DNA of 64,000 bases from an uncultured Prochlorococcus sp. (GTDB lineage Bacteria; Cyanobacteriota; Cyanobacteriia; PCC-6307; Cyanobiaceae), in assembly GCA_902628235.1 (NCBI GenBank), contig CACOMD010000003.1, positions 2,393 through 66,392 on the forward strand, in the 5' to 3' direction. How positions within the stretch are numbered: the first letter of the stretch is position 1; every line of letters begins with the position of its first letter. Position numbers and translations under genes: made by a program. The notes under the pieces were generated by a model, which was not told where the DNA came from, did not search any database, and saw only the letters and a program-made list of their open reading frames with translations. Below are positions 12,089-22,989 of the stretch, in pieces.

Positions 12089-13008
12089 TCATCAAATCTT
12101 GAACTATTATCCCTAGGCTTATCTCTTTTAGAAGCTACATTATACCTTCCTTTTTGATTCCTCAAATTTGTTTTTGGATCACTTGATCTCCTTTCTGGTC
12201 TTTTTCTTTTTAAATCAATATTTTTATCAATAAAAGAAGCATCCTCTGCTGTATTTGTTGAAGTTTGGTTCTTTAGATTGGCTCTTGATGATTGCTGTCT
12301 TTGAATTGTCGATGATTTATTAACTAATTTATCTTCTGTACGACGTGACGTATTTTGATTAGCTAAAGGTCTAGAACCACGTTTGATTTCACTTCTTGTG
12401 TTTCTTCTTTCTCCAAAACTACTTCTCCTTGATTTTAAATCTCTGTCTTCAGAAAATCGATTTCTATTTTGAAAATCGCGTTCTTCTAAGTTATCATCAG
12501 TAGATTTTATATTTCTTCTACTTACAGCGGATTCTGGGATAGCTCGTGAAAATCTTCTTTGACGATATCTATCCTCTTGATAATCTTCTTCATCAATTTC
12601 TCTTGACTGAAATCTTCTTGTTGTTGAGATTGGAGATTGTTCAAATTCATCATAATCATATTCCCGTCTTTTTCTAGGACCTGTTCTTGGTATATTTGGC
12701 ATATCATCATCTTCAAAAAATGAAGATCTTCTTGCTTGATCTGTAGCGATTCCCCTTAAACGTACACTTTCATAAGCAAAAAAAACTGTAGTCCCTGCTA
12801 ATAAAAATTGACCAAACTGTAGGATAGGATCTAATCTCCAGCCTTGAAAGAATAATATTCCTCCGCATAAAAGTCCTATAGCAGCAAAAAAAACATCATA
12901 ATCACGAGCTAAAGCAGGTTTAAAAGACCTTAAAAAATAAAGGCCTCCCCCGCATACAGCGAGGACAATCCCAACAATACTTGCCCAATTGAGACTAGCA
13001 TTGACCAC
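12085..13008 (-). CDS. ycf66: Ycf66 family protein
   Basis: ARDYDVFFAAIGLLCGGILFFQGWRLDPILQFGQ followed by a low-complexity R/D/S tail. Confidence 0.9.
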   Translation of the reverse strand: MVNASLNWASIVGIVLAVCGGGLYFLRSFKPALARDYDVFFAAIGLLCGGILFFQGWRLDPILQFGQFLLAGTTVFFAYESVRLRGIATDQARRSSFFEDDDMPNIPRTGPRKRREYDYDEFEQSPISTTRRFQSREIDEEDYQEDRYRQRRFSRAIPESAVSRRNIKSTDDNLEERDFQNRNRFSEDRDLKSRRSSFGERRNTRSEIKRGSRPLANQNTSRRTEDKLVNKSSTIQRQQSSRANLKNQTSTNTAEDASFIDKNIDLKRKRPERRSSDPKTNLRNQKGRYNVASKRDKPRDNSSRFDD

Positions 13009-13081
13009 AATTTTTCTCCAAAAAGTAAAAAGAGTTTTAAAACCCTATATAAATATAGTTTACGTAATATTTCTATAAAAA

Positions 13082-13270
13082 CTAGCGTCTCCTTCCAGCT
13101 CTTTCAGTATCTAATTTGTCATTTTGACTTACAGCTATTAAAAAAGCTGTTGCTGGAACAACAATCAATAAACCTGCTGCTATAAAACTGCCTATCATTC
13201 CCACAGCAGAATTATTGGAAGCTTCTGGTGAGAAATTTGCAAGTAAAATAAATTGAGTAATTTGAAGCAC
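13082..13270 (-). CDS. psbX: Photosystem II protein PsbX
   Basis: Single TM helix ending ...[12 protein letters not shown]; ycf66-psbX-YggT context. Confidence 0.85.
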   Translation of the reverse strand: MLQITQFILLANFSPEASNNSAVGMIGSFIAAGLLIVVPATAFLIAVSQNDKLDTERAGRRR

Positions 13271-13363
13271 TTGTATTTAAAAATTAAATTCTCAGTTTAT
13301 AATACGAATTAATTCATGATTTATGGGATATTTATTAAGATGAATTAAATAATTGTCATTACA

Positions 13364-13666
13364 TTGATAAATAATTTCCTACCAGCTTTGGATTTATTTT
13401 TAGGAATACTACTATCATTCCTTACTTTAGTATTTCTTATAAGGTTAATTATGACCTGGTATCCCAAAATCAATAGAGAAAATGGTTTTTGGTTAATTGT
13501 TACATTACCTACAAATCAAATTTTAAATATAACGAAAAAAATAATTCCTCCCATTGGAGGTGTTGACGTATCACCAGTTATTTGGATTGGAATCATTAGC
13601 TTCATAAGAGAACTATTAGTAGGCCAACAAGGATTAATCAAATTAGCAATTGAAAAATTACATTAA
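13364..13666 (+). CDS. YggT family membrane protein
   Basis: IRLIMTWYP...IPPIGGVDVSPVIW. Confidence 0.9.
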   Translation: MINNFLPALDLFLGILLSFLTLVFLIRLIMTWYPKINRENGFWLIVTLPTNQILNITKKIIPPIGGVDVSPVIWIGIISFIRELLVGQQGLIKLAIEKLH

Positions 13667-13671
13667 AAAAC

Positions 13672-15021
13672 TTAAAAATTTGGGAATAATTCCTCCTCAA
13701 CATATTTCGTATAAATTTTACCCTCTTTAAATTTGCTCTTATCAAGAAGAGTTAAGTGAAAATCTATAGTTGTTGGAATACCTGTCACCGCACATTCATT
13801 CAAAGCTCTATTCATTCTCTTTATTGCTGAATTACGATCTTTGCCCCAAACAATTAACTTTCCTATAAGTGAATCATAAAAAGGTGGAATCTCATATCCA
13901 GTATATACATGACTATCAACTCTAACTCCTGGTCCTCCAGGAGGGAGCCAGCCAGTAATCTTACCAGGGGAAGGACGAAAATTATGGGATGGATCTTCTG
14001 CATTTATTCGGCATTCAATAGCATGTCCATTTAATTGGATTTCTTCCTGCTTAAAATCTAAATCATTTCCACCAGCTATTTTTATTTGTTCAGCAATTAA
14101 ATCTACTCCAGTAACCATTTCTGTGACAGGATGCTCAACCTGTATTCTTGTATTCATTTCCATAAAATAAAAATGTTCATCTTCATCTACTAAAAATTCA
14201 ACAGTACCTGCTCCTTCATATTTAATAGATTGAGCAGCTGCTATGGCGGCATCTCCCATCTTTTCTCTTAAATCAGAATTAATGGCTGGGCTTGGAGATT
14301 CCTCTAGAAGTTTTTGATGTCTTCTTTGAACCGAACAATCTCTTTCCCCAAGGTGAATAACATTACCAGATCTATCAGCCAAAATTTGTACTTCCACATG
14401 GCGAGGTTTCTTAATAAATTTTTCCATATATAAACCATCATTTCCAAAAGCTGCTTCTGCTTCTCCTTGAGCTGCCTTAAACATTTTTTCTAACTTATCA
14501 GGACTCTCAACTAACCTCATCCCTCTACCACCACCTCCAGCTGTTGCCTTTATTATTATTGGGTAACCTATTTTGTCAGCAAGTTCAAATGCTTCTTGAA
14601 TATCAACTAGAAGGCCTTTACTTCCTGGAACAGTAGGAACTCCTACCTTTTCCATGGTTTCTTTAGCAGTGGATTTATCACCCATTTGTCTAATCGAACT
14701 AGGGGAAGGTCCAATAAATATAATTCCATGATCATTGCACATCTCTGCAAATTTATCATTTTCCGCTAAAAATCCATAACCAGGATGAATTGCATCCACA
14801 CCTCGAGAAGTTGCAGCTGCAAGTATATTCGGAATATTTAAATAACTTTTGTTACTTAACGAATCTCCAACACATACCGCTTCATCAGCTAATTGAACAT
14901 GAAGTGCATTTTTATCAACTGTGCTATAAACAGCTACTGTCGCGATGCCAAGTTCTCTACAAGTTCTGATGATGCGTAAAGCTATTTCACCGCGATTAGC
15001 AATTAAGACTTTTTCAACCAT
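13672..15021 (-). CDS. accC: Acetyl-CoA carboxylase biotin carboxylase subunit
   Basis: [38 protein letters not shown]. Confidence 0.98.
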   Translation of the reverse strand: MVEKVLIANRGEIALRIIRTCRELGIATVAVYSTVDKNALHVQLADEAVCVGDSLSNKSYLNIPNILAAATSRGVDAIHPGYGFLAENDKFAEMCNDHGIIFIGPSPSSIRQMGDKSTAKETMEKVGVPTVPGSKGLLVDIQEAFELADKIGYPIIIKATAGGGGRGMRLVESPDKLEKMFKAAQGEAEAAFGNDGLYMEKFIKKPRHVEVQILADRSGNVIHLGERDCSVQRRHQKLLEESPSPAINSDLREKMGDAAIAAAQSIKYEGAGTVEFLVDEDEHFYFMEMNTRIQVEHPVTEMVTGVDLIAEQIKIAGGNDLDFKQEEIQLNGHAIECRINAEDPSHNFRPSPGKITGWLPPGGPGVRVDSHVYTGYEIPPFYDSLIGKLIVWGKDRNSAIKRMNRALNECAVTGIPTTIDFHLTLLDKSKFKEGKIYTKYVEEELFPNF

Positions 15022-15254
15022 TACAAAATAATTAAGTTAAAGAGTGATACTTGCAAAAGTATTTGAGAAGTTTTGAATTTATTTAAGTATTGATTAAGAA
15101 TACAACCTGAAACGACCTATGTGGCTAATTTTTAGTCTTAATGCAATAGAAAAAAACGAAAAATATATTTTATTAAAAAAACTTATTTTTTTTCAGGCAA
15201 TATTTCTTGTAGAATAAAAATGGCTTAAAAAGCAAAAAAATTTAAGCCATATAA

Positions 15255-15336
15255 GCGGATGTGGCGGAATTGGTAGACGCGCACGTCTAAGGAGCGTGTG
15301 GCTTAGGCCTTGCGAGTTCAAGTCTCGCCGTCCGCA
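15255..15336 (+). tRNA. tRNA-Leu, anticodon AAG
   Basis: GCGGATG/CGTCCGC acceptor stem, D-arm GCGGAATTGGTAGACGC, anticodon stem CACGT/GCGTG with loop CT-AAG-GA, long variable arm, T-arm GCGAGTTCAAGTCTCGC; CCA not encoded. Confidence 0.95.
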
Positions 15337-15351
15337 TATTATTAATTAATT

Positions 15352-16629
15352 ATGTTAACTGCAATTTCAAATGAATCAGCTGCAGTTGTGATAGTTTCCA
15401 ATGGACCAGGAGAATTAGCAACTTGGGTCAAACCAGTTCTTGATAGCTTAATTAAGCAGAAATCCAAGCCCATGAATTCAAATATCCCGAACTATAAATT
15501 AGTATTGACTCTCGTTCCATGTCCAAATGCTACTGGGAAAGAATTTATCGTCGCAAATAATTGGCAGATATTAGATTTAATAATACCTGCAAAACATTTT
15601 CTAAAGTTACTAATAAATCCCACCTCATTCGGGAAGTGGCCAAGAAATGGAGTAGTTGTATTTCTTGGAGGAGATCAATTTTGGAATATATTATTAGCTA
15701 AAAGATTAGGATATCAAAGCATAACTTACGCAGAATGGATTGCAAGATGGCCTAGATGGAATATCCATATTGCTGCTATGAACGAAGACGTTAGAAGGAA
15801 ACTTCCTAAAAAATTCCAAAAAAAATGTCAAATTATTGGTGACTTAATGGCAGATGTTAAACATAACTTATCACCTATAAATGAAATTCAAGATAAAGAA
15901 TGGATTGCTATTTTACCTGGATCCAAAAAAGCTAAATTATCAATTGGAATACCTTTTTTCCTTGAAGTGGCTGACCTTATGAAAGCATGTGACGAGAAAA
16001 TAAATATATTGATTCCTATTGCGCCAACAGCTCAATTAAAAGATTTTATTTTTTTCCAAAGTGATAAAAATCCAATTAGTAAATATTACTCATCAAATAT
16101 AAAATCCGTAAAAAAAATCGAGAATTCTATTTTTGATTATGTTTTAGAAACTTATAAAAATTCTAAAATCTTTATTCTAAACCAAAATTCAAATCACAAT
16201 ATTTTGAGCCAATGTAAGCTCGCTCTGACAACAGTAGGTGCAAATACTGCTGAATTAGCTGCAATAAATCTTCCTATGATTGTAGTTTTTCCTACACAGC
16301 ACATTAGTGCTATGAATGCATGGGATGGTATCTCTGGAATTATAGGAAAAATTCCCTTTCTCAACAGAATACAAACTTTTCTTCTTAAAAGATGGTATTT
16401 AAAAAATAATAAATTTTTAGCTTGGCCAAATATCAAAGCAAATAAACAAATTATTCCAGAGAGGGTTGGAATTATTTCACCAAAAGATATTGCAGAAGAA
16501 GCTATTTATTTATTAAATGAGAAAAATATATTATTAGAACAAAAAAATAATTTACTAAAAATGAGAGGAAAAAAAGGAGCTATAAAAAAATTATCAAATT
16601 TAATCTTGGAAACCATAACAAATGAATAA
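15352..16629 (+). CDS. Lipid-A-disaccharide synthase-related glycosyltransferase (LpxB-like)
   Basis: SNGPGE, ILPGSK, GANTAELA, LAWPN motifs of the cyanobacterial LpxB-like GT-B family. Confidence 0.75.
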   Translation: MLTAISNESAAVVIVSNGPGELATWVKPVLDSLIKQKSKPMNSNIPNYKLVLTLVPCPNATGKEFIVANNWQILDLIIPAKHFLKLLINPTSFGKWPRNGVVVFLGGDQFWNILLAKRLGYQSITYAEWIARWPRWNIHIAAMNEDVRRKLPKKFQKKCQIIGDLMADVKHNLSPINEIQDKEWIAILPGSKKAKLSIGIPFFLEVADLMKACDEKINILIPIAPTAQLKDFIFFQSDKNPISKYYSSNIKSVKKIENSIFDYVLETYKNSKIFILNQNSNHNILSQCKLALTTVGANTAELAAINLPMIVVFPTQHISAMNAWDGISGIIGKIPFLNRIQTFLLKRWYLKNNKFLAWPNIKANKQIIPERVGIISPKDIAEEAIYLLNEKNILLEQKNNLLKMRGKKGAIKKLSNLILETITNE

Positions 16630-17673
16630 TTACCAAGGGTCATCAATCTCATTTAAAACTTGATTATCATTTGCTGATTTTTTATTATTATCTATTGGCT
16701 CAATATCCAATGTATCTTGTACTTGTTCAACTGGCCTTTTAGACGCTGGTTTTCTTGAAATAATTCTCTTATTATTTTTTTGATCTAAATTATTATTATT
16801 AATATTTCTATTCTTCGATTCTTTCTCTTTTTCACTTTCATCAAGATATTCATCATTCTCTAAGTAAAGTCTCTTTTTAACTTGAGTATTATCTTGCGTA
16901 TTATCAACCTCAACATATTCCATTTCATCTTCATAGCTATCTTCATAATTATATTTATTTTCTTGAGATTCCTCTAAAAGATAATTATCTTTATCTGTTT
17001 CTGCACCCGAAAGCAATTGGTTCTCTACCGGGACTAAATTAGATGAATACTTACTATATTCCCTATTATCCCAAGAAGATCCCCCGACTCCAAGTTTTTC
17101 AAGCAATCCACTACTTAGTTGATTTAATTTTTCTTCAGCTCCTTCATAAACGATTATTCGATCTGTTCCACTACTAACAATTTCGTCTACGGGTATTTCC
17201 CAAGTACTTAAGACACCTTCTCCCAATAAAGGAACTCCTATCGCTCCCATAACTAATGAGATAAGTTCTCCAGTTTCAATATCAAAAGAGAAACCAAGAA
17301 CTCTTCCAAGTAACTCACCTGATTCTGTGATAACTTGGCAATTAATAACCTTGCTATATCTTTCAGGGGTAAAATTATCATTTAAAGAATCAAGAGAGTC
17401 AACAAGTATTACATCTCCAACTTGTTTAATACTTTCTAATGGCATCCACTTGGGTAATCCAGGTAAAAATCTTGTTAAAGGATTATCTCTTAGTCCGAGA
17501 GCAACCACCTCTCTTCTGTCAATATCTACTACCACTTCTCCCACAACTCCAAGTCTTCTTCCAGTATCAGTAGTAATGACTTGAGTTCCCATTAGTTCAG
17601 AACGGAGCCATAAACGATCGCTAGGAATTGTTTTAAGTGGATCATTATTTGTGGAAATGTTAGACAAACTCAT
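16630..17673 (-). CDS. PRC-barrel domain protein
   Basis: Two PRC-barrel repeats (QVITTDTGRRLGVV and QVITESGELLGRV) plus an acidic tail. Confidence 0.88.
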   Translation of the reverse strand: MSLSNISTNNDPLKTIPSDRLWLRSELMGTQVITTDTGRRLGVVGEVVVDIDRREVVALGLRDNPLTRFLPGLPKWMPLESIKQVGDVILVDSLDSLNDNFTPERYSKVINCQVITESGELLGRVLGFSFDIETGELISLVMGAIGVPLLGEGVLSTWEIPVDEIVSSGTDRIIVYEGAEEKLNQLSSGLLEKLGVGGSSWDNREYSKYSSNLVPVENQLLSGAETDKDNYLLEESQENKYNYEDSYEDEMEYVEVDNTQDNTQVKKRLYLENDEYLDESEKEKESKNRNINNNNLDQKNNKRIISRKPASKRPVEQVQDTLDIEPIDNNKKSANDNQVLNEIDDPW

Positions 17674-17718
17674 AAATTACTTTTTAATATTCTGACGTAA
17701 AAATTTAAAATAGTGAGT

Positions 17719-20700
17719 TTAAGCAGCATTTGGCAACCCAATTACTTGTGTATGGGAGCCCCTCGCTTGTGCAACGCCAATAGTTCGCATTGATGCATTA
17801 ATCATAGGACGTCTATGACTTACTACAATAAATTGTGCATTTGAAGACTGAGAAGTAATCAGTTTTGATAATCTCTCAACATTTATTCCATCTAAGAAAC
17901 TATCAACCTCATCCAATGCGTAAAAGGGAGATGGTTTATATTTTTGAAGAGCGAATAAGAAACTTAATGCTGTCAATGACTTTTCTCCTCCTGACATTGA
18001 GGCTAATCTTCTCACATTTTTCCCTTTAGGATGAGCTACTAAGGTTAATCCACCATCTAAAGGTGTAATCTTATTTTCAAGTTGCAAGAATCCGTCACCA
18101 TCTGAAAGCATTGCAAATATTTCCCTAAAGTGTTTATCTACTTCTATAAAAGCTTCCATAAATGCTTCTTGACGCATCGTTGAAACAGTTTCAATTCTTA
18201 ATAATAATTCTGATCTCTCATTAGATAAAATTTGTAAGCGTTCAACAAGAGCATTGAGTCTTTCTTCAAGTTCTGCTAATTCATCTAAGGCAAGCATATT
18301 TACTGGTTCCAAACTTTCTAAAGAAGAATTTAAAGATAATATTTCTACTTGTAATTCTTCTAAATTTTTAAAAGAATATTCATTTAAATCTGGTAAAGGA
18401 TCTGGAAGAAGTTTTTTATATTCTTGAAACTTAATATTTTCATTTCTTTTTTCCTCAGAAAGACTATCAATATCTCTTTTTAAGTAATCTAACTTTAGTA
18501 CAATTTCATTTTGTTTTTGTCGATGATTTGATATTTTTAAGTTCAAATCATCTCTCTTACGACGCATCACTCCTAAATTTTGTTCAAGATTATTTTTCTG
18601 TGACTCAAGATTTGATAATTCCTTTTTCAAATCATTTCTTTTAACGATCCAATCCTGATGAGATATTGCAAGTTCCTTAATAGAGTCAACAAGATTTTTT
18701 TCTTTTAATAAAATTAATTTCTGCTCGTTACAAATCTTTTCTTGATTTAATGCTAAATTATTTTTTTGTTCTATTAATAAATTTCTTTTTTTAATTAATT
18801 GTTCCAATTGAAAATCAACTCCCTCAAAATCTTTATTAATTGCACGTAAAGAAGAATTTTGGTTGTTTTCATTAATTAATATAAGATTCTGCTCTAATTG
18901 TTTTAACTTATTTTGATGAGGTAAAAAATCATTTGAAGCTTTATTTAAGTTATCTCTCAATAAATCGTTTTTATCATTTAATTGTTTCAATCTTACTAAA
19001 TTCGCCTGTATCTTATTTTCAACTAATTTCATAGATTTTTTATTCAAATCTATTTCTTTTTTTATAGATACAAAAAATTCATTTTTTTCTCTTTGTTTTA
19101 CAAGAAGATTTTCTAATGTCGAATTTTTGTTTTTGAGCTCATTATTTGCAATTGAAATTGATTCATTAATTTCTAATAAACGTTTTTTAAAAGGACTAAT
19201 TTCATCAATATCATCATTAGAACCAAATCTAAAAATTAATTCTCTATTTAATTTACTTCCCCCAGTAATTGCACCTGTGCTTTCAAGCAGTTCTCCACTT
19301 AAAGTGACAATTCTGGCCTTAAACTTTACATTCTTTGCTGTATCAAGATCAGTATAAACTTTGGTATCTCCAAACACATAATGAAAAACATCACTATAAA
19401 TATTGTCATAATCAATTAAATTTATAGCCTTATCTATGTAACCCTGCGAATTTTTCATATCAAATCTTGCAGTAGACAAATTGTTACTAGATTTTCTTAA
19501 TCTATTAAGAGGAAGAAAAGTTAATCTACCTGCTTTTTTTCTCTTTAAAATATCAATTGCTTTGGAAGCTACAAAATCATTATCAACTACAATTTGACCC
19601 AATCTGCTCCCAGCGGCAATTTCAAGAGCATATCGATATTTTTCTTTTACTTCTCCTAATTGAGCTACATATCCATGTATTCCCTCAAGACCAGCCTCAT
19701 GAAGTATCCTTAGAGCGAATGAGCCTCTTGTCTCATTTAGAGTTTCTTTACGACTTTCAAGTTTAGATAAATCCTTTTCAAGTTTTAATCTTTGATAAGA
19801 CAATCTATCAACAGTTTTTTCTAAAACATTTATTTCAGATTTAGAACTAATAATTTTAGACTTTAGATCATTTAATTTATCATTATGATCTTTAAATTCT
19901 ATTACTTGATTTGAGTCTAATTGGATCATACTATTTTTATCTGCTGTCAATAATTTTATTTGAGAAGAGATCTCTTCTCTTTGCGTATTATTCTCAAGAA
20001 TTTCTTCCTCAATTATTCTTTTTTTCTCTATCATTGGCTCAAGAATGTTTTTTGCTTTATCAATTTCATTATTTATTTCTAAATTTTTCTTAGAAAACTC
20101 ACCAGATTCATCTGCTGCTTCAGAAAGCTTTTTCCTTGATAATTTATGAGTGTTTGATAATTTACTTATCTCTTGTTCTAAATCAACTAATTTACTTTCA
20201 TCAAAACTTTTTAAGTTTCGCTTATCAATTTCAATGTTTCGTTTTGTTATTTCAATTTTATCTCTATTTTCCTTTAATTTCAGGCCTTCATTTTTATTAA
20301 GTTCAGATAATCTTTCTAATTCTCTTAAATTTGTATTAATACTTCCAATCTCAGAATTAACTTGAATCAATTCATCTTCGCCTTTTTCTTTTAAGTCGGC
20401 AACTATTATTTTTAATGCATTAGTCAATACTTCCATATCTTTTGCCAATACTTTCAAATCCTTATTAAAAATATTTTTCTTATTTTCATAATCCATTTCC
20501 CTGTTATTTATATTCTTTAATATATGTAGCTGTTCGTTATAAAGAAAAACTTTTTTAATTTCGCCTAAATTGCTCAATTTCTCTTTAAGAGACTTGTATT
20601 TTATGGCTTTATGACATTCTTTTTCAAGCTTTAATTTATTAGATTCCAATTCATTCTTAAGAATTTCACATCTTTCCTGTCTTTCATAAACATCATTAAG

Positions 20701-21303
20701 TTTGAAATGTGTTTGTTCTATTCTGCTATCAAACAATGCAACTCCAGCAAGTTCATCAATTAAATTTCTTCTTTCTTTATTACTCATAGATACGATCCTT
20801 GTAACATCGCCTTGCATTACGACATTACTACCCTCAGGATCCACCCTTACATCTCTTAAAAGTTTTTGGATTTGCTGTAATGTGCAAGATTTACCATCTG
20901 ATGAATAAGTAGAGGCATAAGACCCTCCAGGCATTAATCTTAATTTTCTAGATACAGTCCATTCTTTTTGTCCTTTAGAGAAGGACAAATCATCCTCATT
21001 CATATCTAAATCATTTGTATCTTCTCGAGGAAGCCAATCGCTAATATCAAACTTTACCGAAACGGATGTTTCAGAAGATTTACCCTCTTTTACTTTTGCT
21101 GTATTTATTAAATCAGGTAATCTTTCCGCCCTCATACCCCTACTACTCGCTAATCCTAAACAAAATAAAATACCATCAAGAATATTACTCTTACCAGACC
21201 CATTTGGACCAGTGACTACAGTAAAACCTTCTTCTAATGGAACTTTAACAGTTCCACCAAAAGACTTAAAATTTTCAAACTCGACTTGATTGATGTATAC
21301 CAA
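17719..21303 (-). CDS. smc: Chromosome segregation protein SMC
   Basis: GPNGSGKSN, coiled coils, hinge GRLTFLPL, MSGGEKSL, LDEVD. Confidence 0.98.
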   Translation of the reverse strand: MVYINQVEFENFKSFGGTVKVPLEEGFTVVTGPNGSGKSNILDGILFCLGLASSRGMRAERLPDLINTAKVKEGKSSETSVSVKFDISDWLPREDTNDLDMNEDDLSFSKGQKEWTVSRKLRLMPGGSYASTYSSDGKSCTLQQIQKLLRDVRVDPEGSNVVMQGDVTRIVSMSNKERRNLIDELAGVALFDSRIEQTHFKLNDVYERQERCEILKNELESNKLKLEKECHKAIKYKSLKEKLSNLGEIKKVFLYNEQLHILKNINNREMDYENKKNIFNKDLKVLAKDMEVLTNALKIIVADLKEKGEDELIQVNSEIGSINTNLRELERLSELNKNEGLKLKENRDKIEITKRNIEIDKRNLKSFDESKLVDLEQEISKLSNTHKLSRKKLSEAADESGEFSKKNLEINNEIDKAKNILEPMIEKKRIIEEEILENNTQREEISSQIKLLTADKNSMIQLDSNQVIEFKDHNDKLNDLKSKIISSKSEINVLEKTVDRLSYQRLKLEKDLSKLESRKETLNETRGSFALRILHEAGLEGIHGYVAQLGEVKEKYRYALEIAAGSRLGQIVVDNDFVASKAIDILKRKKAGRLTFLPLNRLRKSSNNLSTARFDMKNSQGYIDKAINLIDYDNIYSDVFHYVFGDTKVYTDLDTAKNVKFKARIVTLSGELLESTGAITGGSKLNRELIFRFGSNDDIDEISPFKKRLLEINESISIANNELKNKNSTLENLLVKQREKNEFFVSIKKEIDLNKKSMKLVENKIQANLVRLKQLNDKNDLLRDNLNKASNDFLPHQNKLKQLEQNLILINENNQNSSLRAINKDFEGVDFQLEQLIKKRNLLIEQKNNLALNQEKICNEQKLILLKEKNLVDSIKELAISHQDWIVKRNDLKKELSNLESQKNNLEQNLGVMRRKRDDLNLKISNHRQKQNEIVLKLDYLKRDIDSLSEEKRNENIKFQEYKKLLPDPLPDLNEYSFKNLEELQVEILSLNSSLESLEPVNMLALDELAELEERLNALVERLQILSNERSELLLRIETVSTMRQEAFMEAFIEVDKHFREIFAMLSDGDGFLQLENKITPLDGGLTLVAHPKGKNVRRLASMSGGEKSLTALSFLFALQKYKPSPFYALDEVDSFLDGINVERLSKLITSQSSNAQFIVVSHRRPMINASMRTIGVAQARGSHTQVIGLPNAA

Positions 21304-21384
21304 TCGTAAGTCTCAATAGCTAAGTAAGAATAACGAATTTATAAGAAATCTCAATAGAAATATTAAGAATATTATATTTATTTA

Positions 21385-21747
21385 TTAATTTAAAGAAATT
21401 AGCTGACATAAATTAGCGGTTTTTTTGAATAATCCGTTTATGCACTTACCTTGAAGAATTATCGAGAAAGTATTACCATCAATATCAACTCCAAGTGGTT
21501 TAAATATTCCATTATCAACTCTTTGAACATAACCTCTATTATTTGTTAACAGCTTACTTTCTATTGTCAGCCAGATCAAACGATGATTTGAATGTTCAAA
21601 AATATCAACTGATACGCCATCAAGTTCAGGAAAAGTTAGCAATTTCCAAGTTTTACAATCTTCTCCATTCTCAAGTAAAAAATCATAATGAATATCAAGT
21701 TTTTTGTTATCTATTTTTTCATGCTTAAGCAAAGTCCATCTATTCAT
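21385..21747 (-). CDS. Hypothetical protein resembling a LigD 3'-phosphoesterase domain
   Basis: H...HYDFLLE...TW...HR...RG.V.RVD.G pattern; family assignment is by eye. Confidence 0.55.
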   Translation of the reverse strand: MNRWTLLKHEKIDNKKLDIHYDFLLENGEDCKTWKLLTFPELDGVSVDIFEHSNHRLIWLTIESKLLTNNRGYVQRVDNGIFKPLGVDIDGNTFSIILQGKCINGLFKKTANLCQLISLN

Positions 21748-21820
21748 TTCATGGTTTATTTATAAACAGATTTTTTAATATATTATCTAAAGAAATTATT
21801 AATAATAAAATTTATGATAT

Positions 21821-21958
21821 TTAGTTGCCGGAATCAGGAACAAATCTTAAAGCAATTAATATAAGACTTCCAGCTCCAGCTATTGCAGCAGCTATTAATC
21901 CAAAATCAGTAGGTATAGTTCTTGAAGCAAAAAAGAGAGTCGCAAAAGTGATATCCAT
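21821..21958 (-). CDS. Small membrane protein (45 aa)
   Basis: Manual ORF: MDITFATLFFASRTIPTDFGLIAAAIAGAGSLILIALRFVPDSGN*; higher GC than flanks, one TM helix. Confidence 0.75.
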   Translation of the reverse strand: MDITFATLFFASRTIPTDFGLIAAAIAGAGSLILIALRFVPDSGN

Positions 21959-22139
21959 AATAAAGAAGTTGATTTTAAATAAAATAAGCTTAACAAAACC
22001 TTATTACACAAAGAAAAAAGATACTAGAAATGTAAATAAACTTTTATATGTTTAAGTTTTTTATATTTCTAGAAAATACATTGAAGGGTTTCAAATTCAG
22101 TTAATAGGGATTAATGTAAAGATAAATTAATCTTGATTA

Positions 22140-22601
22140 ATGGAAACTTTTCATCCTCCAAAAGATACTGATGAAACTAAGGAAAGTAATCCACTTCCGG
22201 AAATAGAAAATTATTCAGATAAATGGTTGATTGAAAAACTTGATAGTTTAATCCCCTTAATACAAGAAAAATGGCCTTTTATCGCCAAGCAAACTATTGA
22301 AGCCTCCAAAGGGAAAATTGACGATCTAGTCAATGTAATTTCAACCCATACTGGAAAGTCCTCAGAAGGTATTAAAGAACAAATTTTTGACATTATAGAT
22401 TCTATACAAGCTAATAATTGGGAGATAGGAGAACATATTGAACCTATTGAAAGTCAATTAGAAGAATTACTTGATGAATTAAATAAAACATTAAGGCCAA
22501 AAATTGAACGCCCAATCAGAAAAAAACCTATATTATCAATCGCTATAGCAGCTAGCATTGGGGTCTTAATTGGTAGCATAATTTCAAGTGGTAGAAAGTG
22601 A
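22140..22601 (+). CDS. Conserved hypothetical protein, YqjD/ElaB (DUF883)-like C-terminal membrane anchor
   Basis: IRKKPILSIAIAASIGVLIG tail anchor; precedes a YqjE-like gene. Confidence 0.7.
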   Translation: METFHPPKDTDETKESNPLPEIENYSDKWLIEKLDSLIPLIQEKWPFIAKQTIEASKGKIDDLVNVISTHTGKSSEGIKEQIFDIIDSIQANNWEIGEHIEPIESQLEELLDELNKTLRPKIERPIRKKPILSIAIAASIGVLIGSIISSGRK

Positions 22602-22987
22602 TGGATAAATCCAACAACAAAAATTTCGTTAGCGCAGCCTCAAGACTGTCCGCCATCGCTAGTTCAGTAATGGACTTACATGTAAGAATTGCTTTACAAG
22701 AAGTTGATAGAGAAAAAAGACGATTGATTAGTGGAGGAATATTTATTGCTATTGGTGCAATTTTATTACTAATGGCGCTAATAATCATACATATAATTTC
22801 CTATCTTTTTCTTAACGAATTCAATACATGGGAGCCTCAATACAATTTATTATTAATTATTTTTATTGATTTATTTATTGCAGGTTTAAGTCTAAAACTT
22901 GGAGGAAAGCTAGTTAAAGGTCCATACCTTCCCCAGACTTTAGAAGGATTAGGTAAAACAACTAAAGCTGTTTTAGGGAAAAAATAA
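22598..22987 (+). CDS. Phage-holin-family (YqjE-like) membrane protein; core gene
   Basis: LHVRIALQE followed by two TM helices; overlaps the upstream gene. Confidence 0.75.
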   Translation: MMDKSNNKNFVSAASRLSAIASSVMDLHVRIALQEVDREKRRLISGGIFIAIGAILLLMALIIIHIISYLFLNEFNTWEPQYNLLLIIFIDLFIAGLSLKLGGKLVKGPYLPQTLEGLGKTTKAVLGKK

Positions 22988-22989
22988 AT

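Noticed and set aside
21825-22055. 76-aa + strand ORF
   Set aside because: Antisense shadow of the more plausible 45-aa membrane protein at 21821-21958 (-).
22598-22987. Holin-family protein as evidence of a prophage
   Set aside because: YqjE-like gene paired with a YqjD-like gene in core context; no phage genes nearby.
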